A stretch of DNA of 51,899 nucleotides, taken from Bacillota bacterium (GTDB taxonomy: Bacteria > Bacillota_I > Bacilli_A > RF39 > UBA660). Positions 45,163 to 51,899 of this stretch are shown here, piece after piece (position 1 is the stretch's first letter; every line of letters begins with the position of its first letter). The notes beneath the pieces are model-generated. The model worked only from the letters and a program-made list of their open reading frames with translations. It ran no database searches and had not been told where the DNA came from. The DNA is taken from contig JAEWBI010000042.1 in assembly GCA_023391185.1 (NCBI GenBank), positions 1-51,899 of the forward strand. The letters run 5' to 3'. The translations under genes and the position numbers were made by a program.

Positions 45163-47115
45163 TCATTCTTGCTTAATAGTCGGAATTAAATCATCAAGTT
45201 CTGTTTCTGTAATACTTGGTTCAGTCCCTTTTATATAATATAGCATTACTGATTTTTGATCAGAAGAGGTCACTATATCACCAGTTATAGGATTAACAAG
45301 TGAACCTACTACATTACTAGGCATATCATACCAAGTAGCGTCCTTATCGCTAAAGTATGATTCAATTGTGTCTGCCCAAATATTCTTTATATCACTACTA
45401 ACATTTGTAGGAATTTTACTATTGTCATCATATCCGGTCCATATTCCCATAACAATATTACTATTATATCCAAACACTAAAGCGTCAGAATCTGTTGACC
45501 CTGTTTTCATAGAGTATTTATTAGTCAGTTTGGCTGCAACATTTAAGCATGTTGGATAATTATAATCAATAAAATTAGATGAATAGCAATTAGAAAGAAG
45601 TTCATTTACTATATAAACTATACTTTTACTTAAGATAGCTTCTTTAGTTTCTTTATATTCATAAAGGATATTACCACTAGCGTCTTCAACTTTTTCAATT
45701 AAGTGAGGAGTGATCTTATAACCATAACTTGCTAGGGATGAATATGCTGTAATCATTTCCATTAAATTTATATTTGATGTTCCTAGTGCTAGTGAAGGAA
45801 TTTCTTGTAAGTCACTAGTTATACCAACACGTTTAAGCATATTAACAAGCGTCTCTTCACCTAGAAAAAGATGTGTTTTAACTGCAAAAACATTGTCAGA
45901 ATAGGCTAGTGCAGCAGCTAGTGTTATTTCTTTATTAGGATATATATCACCAAAATTACTTGGACTATATGTTTTATCATTTGAAAAAACAAACGTTGTT
46001 TTAGAACTATTAAAAGTTGTAGAGGCAGTAAAACCATTCTCAATTGCTGCATAATATAAAAATGGTTTAAAAGTTGATCCAACTTGTCTTTTTGAAGATA
46101 TAGCCCTATTATATTCACTTTTTGAGTAATCTGTACCACCTATTAAGGCAAGCACTTTTCCATCATTAGGATCTGCTACTATGCTTGCAATTTGAAGTTT
46201 ATCATCAGTAATATACTGATCAATATATTTCTCCAATTCAAGTTGTAATTTTAAATCTAAATTTGTGTATATCTTTAAACCACCAGTATCAATTAATGAA
46301 TCTGGTATAGTATCAATTTTTTTTAATTCTGCCATTACAGCATCTTGATAATACATTAATGTGCTAGAATCATTTGATTTGAGTTTTCCAATATAAGTTA
46401 GTTCTTCATCATAAGCTGCATTTTTCTCTTCCTCTGTTATATATTTATTTTTGACCATTGAGTTTAAAATAATAAGTTGTCTACTTTTGGCATTATCAAT
46501 ATTAGTTATTGGGGAATAATAACTAGGGGATTTTGGAATTCCTGCTAATATAGAGGCCTGAGATAATGAAAGTTCACTAGCACTAATTCCAAAGTAATAA
46601 TAACTAGCATTTTCAATTCCATATATTCCACCATAATTTATCGTATTTAGATATCCCTCTAATATTTCTTCTTTGCTATAGTGAGTTTCTAAATTTATCG
46701 TAATCCATGCTTCTTCAAATTTTCTTTTCCATGTCTTTCCAAAATCTAAAAATAAATTTTTGGCATACTGTTGTGATATAGTGGAAGCACCTTGACTTTT
46801 TTTGCCAGTTTTTGCGTTAACATATAAAGCTTTTACTATTCTTAAATAATCAAATCCAATATGTTTATAGAAATTTTTATCCTCTATTGAAATAGTAGCA
46901 TTTATTAAATTTTCAGATATATCATCTAAACTTACCCAGTTATTATTATATCCAGAAAATACTTCTCCACTACTATCGTACATTGAATAACTATTAGCTG
47001 ATTGGATATTTAGTTTATTAGACATTTTAGCATATACATATATTCCAATATAGACAATAACTAAAAATAGACTTAGTATAATTCCCCATTTTATAAATTT
47101 TTTTACTATTTTCAT
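45163..47115 (-). CDS. Class A penicillin-binding protein (glycosyltransferase GT51 + transpeptidase)
   Basis: IEDKNFYKHIGFD, GASTISQQ, RKFEE, then STFKP (SxxK), SDN (SxN) and KTGST (KTG). An N-terminal TM anchor. Confidence 0.92.
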   Translation of the reverse strand: MKIVKKFIKWGIILSLFLVIVYIGIYVYAKMSNKLNIQSANSYSMYDSSGEVFSGYNNNWVSLDDISENLINATISIEDKNFYKHIGFDYLRIVKALYVNAKTGKKSQGASTISQQYAKNLFLDFGKTWKRKFEEAWITINLETHYSKEEILEGYLNTINYGGIYGIENASYYYFGISASELSLSQASILAGIPKSPSYYSPITNIDNAKSRQLIILNSMVKNKYITEEEKNAAYDEELTYIGKLKSNDSSTLMYYQDAVMAELKKIDTIPDSLIDTGGLKIYTNLDLKLQLELEKYIDQYITDDKLQIASIVADPNDGKVLALIGGTDYSKSEYNRAISSKRQVGSTFKPFLYYAAIENGFTASTTFNSSKTTFVFSNDKTYSPSNFGDIYPNKEITLAAALAYSDNVFAVKTHLFLGEETLVNMLKRVGITSDLQEIPSLALGTSNINLMEMITAYSSLASYGYKITPHLIEKVEDASGNILYEYKETKEAILSKSIVYIVNELLSNCYSSNFIDYNYPTCLNVAAKLTNKYSMKTGSTDSDALVFGYNSNIVMGIWTGYDDNSKIPTNVSSDIKNIWADTIESYFSDKDATWYDMPSNVVGSLVNPITGDIVTSSDQKSVMLYYIKGTEPSITETELDDLIPTIKQE

Positions 47116-47241
47116 ATTATCACCTTACCTTTATTTAGTATTGCTTAAAAATATGAAAATATAAGTGCAATTTAATAAAAGATATGCTATAATTACATGC
47201 AAGAGAAACAGAGATAATTTAAGTAGAAATATGGTGATAAA

Positions 47242-47613
47242 ATGGCAAAAATCAATCTTAGAACAAGCTTATATAACAAGACAGATAATAAGTATTTTAA
47301 TAATGAAGTAGTAGCTATTTTAGATGATAAAAAGACTATAAAATATTTAGATAGAAATGTTACTGTGTCTATTGAAAAAAAAGAAAATGGAATTAATATT
47401 ATTCGGCGATCAGATGATTATGAAATCCATTTGCCACTTGAAAAAGGGAAAAAAACAAAAGGATTTTATAATGTAAAACAATTAGGAATCTTAGATATGG
47501 AAGTAGAAACAACTAGTATTACTATCGGAGACAATACTCTAAATGTTGAGTATACAATGATTTTAGACAAACAATCTATTTCAGAATTTAAGTTTTATTT
47601 GGAATATATGTAA
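47242..47613 (+). CDS. ywiB: DUF1934 beta-barrel protein (YwiB-like)
   Basis: The size, the beta-rich sequence, and the conserved position immediately upstream of argS in Firmicutes. Confidence 0.65.
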   Translation: MAKINLRTSLYNKTDNKYFNNEVVAILDDKKTIKYLDRNVTVSIEKKENGINIIRRSDDYEIHLPLEKGKKTKGFYNVKQLGILDMEVETTSITIGDNTLNVEYTMILDKQSISEFKFYLEYM

Positions 47614-47627
47614 TTAGGAGAGATAAC

Positions 47628-49328
47628 ATGATAATAGAAAAATTAGAAAATATAATAAAGGAATCGTTCATAAAATCAGGATATGAGGTAGAAACTGTTA
47701 GAGTAATAAAATCAAATCGTCCTGATTTATGTGATTATCAATGTGATGATATATTTAAATTAACGAAAATATATCATCAAAGTCCTATTGAAATAGGAGA
47801 AAAAATAACAAAAGAAATAAATGATAGTCAAAATTTTAATGAATACTTTGAAAAAGTAGACTTTGTGAAACCAGGATTTATTAATATTACAGTAAGTAAT
47901 AGTTTTATCAATAGATACTTAATGCAAATGGCAAATGATATTAAGTCGATATTATGCCTTCCTGAAAAAAAAGAGACTTTTGTGGTTGATTTTGGTGGAG
48001 CTAATGTTGCAAAACCACTACATGTTGGGCACATGAGAACTATTTTAGTTGGAGAAAGTGTATCAAGAATAATAAGATTTTTTGGACATAAGACTATTGG
48101 GGATGTTCATTTAGGAGATTATGGATTACAAATTGGTCAAGTTATTTATGGGATACTTAGGGATGGAAAGAGTATAGATGATATTAACATAAAATATCTT
48201 GATAAAATATATCCTGAAATGAGTGGTATTTGTAAAGAAAATGAGGATATTAAAGCAGAGTGTGCTGAAATAACAAAAGAACTTCAAGATGGTAATTTAG
48301 AATATACTAAACTTTGGAAAAAAATACTTGAGGTATCAGTTCAAGATATTAAGAAAAATTATGACTATTTAGGAGCTAATTTTGATCTTTGGTTAGGTGA
48401 AAGTGATTCTTACAATTATTTAGAAAAATTAGAAAGAATATTTAGTAATGAAGGGATTTTATCTGAAAGTGAAGGAGCAGTCATTGTAAATGTTTCTAAA
48501 CCAGAAGATAAAAAAGAAATACCACCACTTCTATTTAAAAAAAGTAATGGTGCATACTTATATGCTTCAACAGATTTAGCTACTATACTTCAAAGAAAAG
48601 AAGATTTTAATCCTGATCATATTTTGTATGTAGTAGATAATAGGCAAGCTCTACACTTTGAACAAGTATTTAGGGCAAGTGAATTAGGAAAACTTACGCC
48701 ATACAGTAGTTTAGAGCATTTGGGTTATGGAACTGTTAATGGTTCTGATGGTAAGCCTTACAAAACAAGAAATGGTGATAATCCAAAGTTAGAAGGTTTG
48801 TTTGACACAGCTAGAGAAATATTTATTAGTAAAAAAGAAAGTAATAAGGATATGTCAAGAGAAGATGTAGACAAAATAGTCAATTCTATATTAAAATTTG
48901 CAGATTTACAAAACTCTCGTGATAAAGATTATATTTTTGATTTAAATAAGTTTTCAGATGTTTCTGGTAAAACTGGTCCTTATATTTTATACACATATTT
49001 AAGAATTAATAAGATACTTAAGGAAGAAAAATTAGATAATAATTTAACAAATAGCATATATAATAAATATGATCGTGATTTAAGAATGGAATTGCTTAAT
49101 TATGTAAATGCTGTAGAAATGGCTTTTAATGAAAGAAAACCTAATTATGTTGCAGAGTATGTTTACAATTTGTGTGTAGCTAGTAATATATTCTATCAAA
49201 ACAATCATATTGCTAATATGGAAGATAAAATAAATAAGAATGATTGGCTATATATTTTAACAATATCAAATAAAATAATTAAAGAAATGCTTTATTTATT
49301 AGGTATTGAAATACCATCAGTAATGTAG
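47628..49328 (+). CDS. argS: Arginine--tRNA ligase
   Basis: A class I signature region (ANVAKPLHVGHMR) and the C-terminal anticodon-binding DALR-type domain. 566 aa. Confidence 0.92.
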   Translation: MIIEKLENIIKESFIKSGYEVETVRVIKSNRPDLCDYQCDDIFKLTKIYHQSPIEIGEKITKEINDSQNFNEYFEKVDFVKPGFINITVSNSFINRYLMQMANDIKSILCLPEKKETFVVDFGGANVAKPLHVGHMRTILVGESVSRIIRFFGHKTIGDVHLGDYGLQIGQVIYGILRDGKSIDDINIKYLDKIYPEMSGICKENEDIKAECAEITKELQDGNLEYTKLWKKILEVSVQDIKKNYDYLGANFDLWLGESDSYNYLEKLERIFSNEGILSESEGAVIVNVSKPEDKKEIPPLLFKKSNGAYLYASTDLATILQRKEDFNPDHILYVVDNRQALHFEQVFRASELGKLTPYSSLEHLGYGTVNGSDGKPYKTRNGDNPKLEGLFDTAREIFISKKESNKDMSREDVDKIVNSILKFADLQNSRDKDYIFDLNKFSDVSGKTGPYILYTYLRINKILKEEKLDNNLTNSIYNKYDRDLRMELLNYVNAVEMAFNERKPNYVAEYVYNLCVASNIFYQNNHIANMEDKINKNDWLYILTISNKIIKEMLYLLGIEIPSVM

Positions 49329-49378
49329 TGGTATTTATTTAACAATAATGCATATTATATAACTGTCAAAAAAAAGTA

Positions 49379-49406
49379 TTGACACACATGAAAAATGTGG
49401 TAGAAT
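49379..49406 (+). promoter_or_regulatory. Sigma-A promoter of rpoE (TTGACA-16 bp-TAGAAT with a TG extended -10)
   Basis: TTGACA at 49379-49384 and TGGTAGAAT at 49398-49406. Confidence 0.65.
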
Positions 49407-49438
49407 TAAATCTGGCGTATATATTGTAGGAGGATTTT

Positions 49439-49885
49439 ATGAAAATAGAAGATATGACAAAATCTGAGTTAGAATTACTTTCTAATTGTGATTTAACAGC
49501 CTTGTTATTAAAAGAAAATAAGAAGCCAATGAATACACCAAGTATATTCAAAAAAATATGCTCATTGTTAGGTTATACTGATCAAGAGTATACAGATAAA
49601 ATTGGCGAGTTTTATACTTCATTAACTACAGATAAAAGATTTATTCTATTAGATACAGTTGAATGGGATCTAAGAGATAATCACGCTGTAAAAATTAGTG
49701 TTGACGATGATGAAGAAGAGGAAATCGAAATAGATGAATATGACGAAGAGGACGAAGAAAATGTCGATGTAGAAGAAGATCCAGAAGATATTGAGGAACC
49801 TCTAGAAGATGATGATTTAGATATTGACGATGATGAAGACATCGATGATTTAGCTATCGTTGACGAAGAAGAAATAGACATATAA
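49439..49885 (+). CDS. rpoE: DNA-directed RNA polymerase delta subunit
   Basis: The N-terminal HARE-HTH-like domain (FYTSLTTDKRFILLDTVEWDLRD) followed by a ~60-aa Asp/Glu tail. Confidence 0.88.
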   Translation: MKIEDMTKSELELLSNCDLTALLLKENKKPMNTPSIFKKICSLLGYTDQEYTDKIGEFYTSLTTDKRFILLDTVEWDLRDNHAVKISVDDDEEEEIEIDEYDEEDEENVDVEEDPEDIEEPLEDDDLDIDDDEDIDDLAIVDEEEIDI

Positions 49886-49934
49886 AAACTAGAAATAAAA
49901 TTGAACATTTTGTTCAATCATTTCTAGTTTTTTT
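49885..49934. terminator. Compound bidirectional terminator
   Basis: The outer stem AAAACTAGAAA/TTTCTAGTTTT encloses the inner stem TTGAACA-TTT-TGTTCAA. It is flanked by T-runs. Confidence 0.75.
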
Positions 49935-50646
49935 ATTTACTTATTGGGCTATAAAAATTGATCTCTCCTGTTTTTCCATTATATATAGGTATATATACAA
50001 AACTAACTCCATAGTTATTGATTATTCTTATATACATTCTTGGAATAGTCTCAGGAGGCATGATTTTTATTACTATTTTTCCGTTTCTTTGATCTTCTTC
50101 ATATATAATATCTCCTGGAATAACATTACCATCATTATCTAGCTTTGCTTCATATACAGATATTTGTTTTACTTTCTGATTAAGATCAATAATTATTGAT
50201 TGATTAGTCTCTTCGTATTTTACAATTGTTCCATCATCCTTTGTATAATTATTATCATATCTAATACTAAAATTCTCAGTTGTATATTGTTCAAATATAT
50301 TATCAAGAGTAGATTCTATTTTTTTATCTTTTCCACATAAAAAACTTCCACTACCATCATTATGTATTTTATAACATATATTACTGTCTACAAAAACAAA
50401 TTCATATTTTTCATTTTCTGTTTCTATTATAAGAGGACTAGTATCATCTTTTAATACATCTATAGCAGAGTTAGTATTAAAATTAATACTATTTATCAAA
50501 TTCTTAATATCACTCATGTCATCATCAAGTAGAATTATATTTTTATAATTAATGCCTTTTACATTTTCTAATAGGTTAGTATTTCTTGTACAACCTGTAT
50601 TTATCAAAATAAGAATATATACAAAAAAGACATAGTATTTCTTCAT
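49933..50646 (-). CDS. Lipoprotein of unknown function
   Basis: Signal peptide with the lipobox INTGC. The RBS is AGGTGA. Confidence 0.65.
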   Translation of the reverse strand: MKKYYVFFVYILILINTGCTRNTNLLENVKGINYKNIILLDDDMSDIKNLINSINFNTNSAIDVLKDDTSPLIIETENEKYEFVFVDSNICYKIHNDGSGSFLCGKDKKIESTLDNIFEQYTTENFSIRYDNNYTKDDGTIVKYEETNQSIIIDLNQKVKQISVYEAKLDNDGNVIPGDIIYEEDQRNGKIVIKIMPPETIPRMYIRIINNYGVSFVYIPIYNGKTGEINFYSPISK

Positions 50647-50733
50647 ATTATCACCTGTATTAAGTATAGCATAATTTAATTAGCCTATACAAAAAATATA
50701 GTTATTCATACTATAAAATGAGGAGGAAATAGT

Positions 50734-51168
50734 ATGAATAACTATAGAGACTATTATAATTACAATAATAATAATTATAATCAGCCAAATTATAACCAAA
50801 GCAATGAAAAAATAACAAATTTATATGATGCATATCAAGGGTTTATTAGAGGTAATTTATTCCCTGATTTATATAATTCATATAGAGTTAGTAATCCAAT
50901 AGATATTAAACCAAGTAATGAACAAGCTGAATTATTAACTAATATTGATGCATTAGAATTTGCATTGAACGATTTAAACTTATATCTTGATATGAATCCT
51001 AACGATAGTAAAATGATAGAATTATATAATTATTATTTAAAACAAAATAAAGAATTCTTAAGTGTTTATCAAAATAAATATGGCCCAATATTATTAGATA
51101 GTGATGCTTTAAAAGGTGGAAGATGGGATTGGATAAACTCACCATGGCCATGGGAGGGGAATAAGTAA
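50734..51168 (+). CDS. cotJB: Spore coat protein CotJB with an N-terminal CotJA-like segment (apparent fusion)
   Basis: The C-terminal two-thirds carries LLTNIDALEFALNDLNLYLDMNPND...YGPI...SPWPWE (CotJB). Residues ~30-50, LYDAYQGFIRGNLFPDLYNSY, resemble the CotJA core motif. Confidence 0.75.
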   Translation: MNNYRDYYNYNNNNYNQPNYNQSNEKITNLYDAYQGFIRGNLFPDLYNSYRVSNPIDIKPSNEQAELLTNIDALEFALNDLNLYLDMNPNDSKMIELYNYYLKQNKEFLSVYQNKYGPILLDSDALKGGRWDWINSPWPWEGNK

Positions 51169-51725
51169 TGTGGAAATATGAAAAAAAACTAGCTTACCCT
51201 GTTAATATAAGAAAAAAGGACTTAAAAATGGCTAAGTTTTTGTTAGCTCAATATGGTGGTCCGGATTCAGAACTTAGTGCTGCCCTTCAATATATGAATC
51301 AAAGATACTCAATGCCTGATGATAAAGGAAAAGCTTTACTTACAGATATAGCTACTGAAGAACTTGGCCATGTGGAAATGATTGCAACAATGGTAACTCA
51401 GCTTACAAAGGATGCTAGTGTAGATGAAATGAAAAAGTATGGTTTAGGCGGTATATATACTATGCATGATAACGCTGTATTCCCTTCTAGCCCAACAGGT
51501 GAACCCTACACAACTGCTTATATATCAACAACTGGTGATTATATAGCTGATTTGGAAAGTAATATGGCTTCTGAACAAAGAGCAAGAGCTACTTATGAAC
51601 ACTTAATAGATTTAACGGATGATGTGGATTTAATTGCACCACTATTATTTTTAAGGCAAAGAGAAGTTATGCATTATCAAAGATTTAAAGAATTAAGAAA
51701 TTATTATTTAGAAAAAAAGATTTAG
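51168..51725 (+). CDS. cotJC: Spore coat protein CotJC (manganese catalase family)
   Basis: YGGPDSELSAALQYMNQRY...EELGHVEMIATMV...E..H. Its start overlaps the cotJB stop (TAATG). Confidence 0.92.
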   Translation: MWKYEKKLAYPVNIRKKDLKMAKFLLAQYGGPDSELSAALQYMNQRYSMPDDKGKALLTDIATEELGHVEMIATMVTQLTKDASVDEMKKYGLGGIYTMHDNAVFPSSPTGEPYTTAYISTTGDYIADLESNMASEQRARATYEHLIDLTDDVDLIAPLLFLRQREVMHYQRFKELRNYYLEKKI

Positions 51726-51844
51726 TAAATAATTCTTTTTTTTTTTCAAAAATAGTGTATAATGAAATTATAATTAACTTACAAAAATAGACAACAAACG
51801 ACAAATTACTAAATAATTTTAATTTAAATTAAAGAGGTATGAAG

Positions 51845-51899
51845 ATGATAATAAAGAATTTTAAAAAACACGCAAGATTATTAAACCTTGTTTTATTAG
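51845..51899 (+). CDS. 5' end of an ORF running off the window (unknown)
   Basis: The ATG at 51845 lies 7 nt after AAAGAGG. Only 18 codons are visible. Confidence 0.25.
   Translation, partial: MIIKNFKKHARLLNLVLL

Noticed and set aside
47116-47241. A possible T-box leader upstream of ywiB-argS.
   Set aside because: The intergenic region is only about 125 nt. It has no T-box consensus (AATTAGGGTGGTACCGCG-like) and no terminator/antiterminator pair.
8468-48034. Many 60-126-aa ORFs lie antisense to, or out of frame within, well-supported genes. Examples: 8468-8656, 9292-9474, 10515-10916, 11207-11631, 14613-14804, 16522-16719, 25055-25237, 27000-27215, 28233-28418, 28682-28870, 29379-29591, 31667-32041, 32901-33360, 33871-34101, 34945-35130, 35884-36138, 38097-38399, 38866-39105, 39343-39546, 41769-41951, 44023-44205, 44608-44835, 45368-45559, 45924-46139, 47828-48034, 49366-49551.
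   Set aside because: Each lies entirely inside, or largely overlaps, a gene with strong family motifs on the other strand or frame. Their translations are low-complexity Ile/Leu/Phe/Ser-rich strings, as expected from AT-rich antisense DNA. None has a convincing RBS.
49681-49917. A Ser-rich 78-aa minus-strand ORF.
   Set aside because: It is the reverse complement of the GAT/GAA-rich region encoding the acidic tail of RpoE, so it is an artefact of codon repetition.
1-51899. I scanned for CRISPR arrays, rRNA genes, additional tRNAs, prophage structural or integrase genes and toxin-antitoxin pairs.
   Set aside because: No regularly spaced 25-40 bp direct repeats, no rRNA-like conserved blocks, no second tRNA cloverleaf, and no integrase or recombinase other than the IS transposases were seen by eye. 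A computational scan (tRNAscan, Infernal, a CRISPR finder) would be needed to be certain.

Overview
This is a visibly AT-rich 51.9-kb chromosomal window from a low-GC, endospore-forming Firmicute. The gene content (rpoE delta subunit, veg, ywiB-argS, yutD, yabG/spoVG/yabPQ/divIC, gerQ, cotJ) suggests a Bacilli- or Erysipelotrichia-like lineage, but that is inference only. Every call rests on reading the ORF translations for family motifs and reading the DNA by eye. No database search, HMM or folding program was run.

Layout:
- 1-7.3 kb is an accessory zone. It holds an intact IS3-family element butted against a 5'-truncated second IS3-type transposase, a phage-associated DUF5661-like gene, a 641-aa orphan protein, a solo tRNA-Ala(UGC) and an alpha/beta hydrolase.
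- 7.3-25.3 kb holds envelope and sporulation-related housekeeping genes: lipoproteins, a metallophosphoesterase, a very Tyr-rich 76-aa protein, an M29 aminopeptidase, NodB-type deacetylases, a ydjG/ydjH-like Zn-ribbon + TPM pair, a U32 peptidase, nrdD-nrdG, yunB, a DUF4015 hydrolase, yutD and an NrtR-like Nudix regulator.
- 25.4-29.8 kb is the str operon (rpsL-rpsG-fusA-tuf).
- 29.8-51.9 kb holds a FemAB-family gene, a three-gene HgdC-type activase / DUF2229 cluster, topA, prfB (with its +1 frameshift), a yitT-family gene, ftsEX plus a coupled unknown gene, yabG-veg-spoVG-yabP-yabQ-divIC, lemA, gerQ, pduL, a class A PBP, ywiB-argS, rpoE and cotJ.

Most notable observations:
1. The glycyl-radical domain of the anaerobic ribonucleotide reductase sits in a separate 60-aa ORF just after a stop codon. 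The split depends on a single A4 run.
2. A 356-bp strand-asymmetric array of A-tracts and TCAAAAAA repeats lies upstream of nrdD.
3. An orphan ATP-dependent-reductase (HgdC-like) activase is encoded next to two DUF2229 proteins.
4. A ydjGH-like membrane module has no pspA next to it.
5. A 641-aa orphan gene lies in the IS/tRNA-flanked islet.

No CRISPR array and no rRNA gene were seen.
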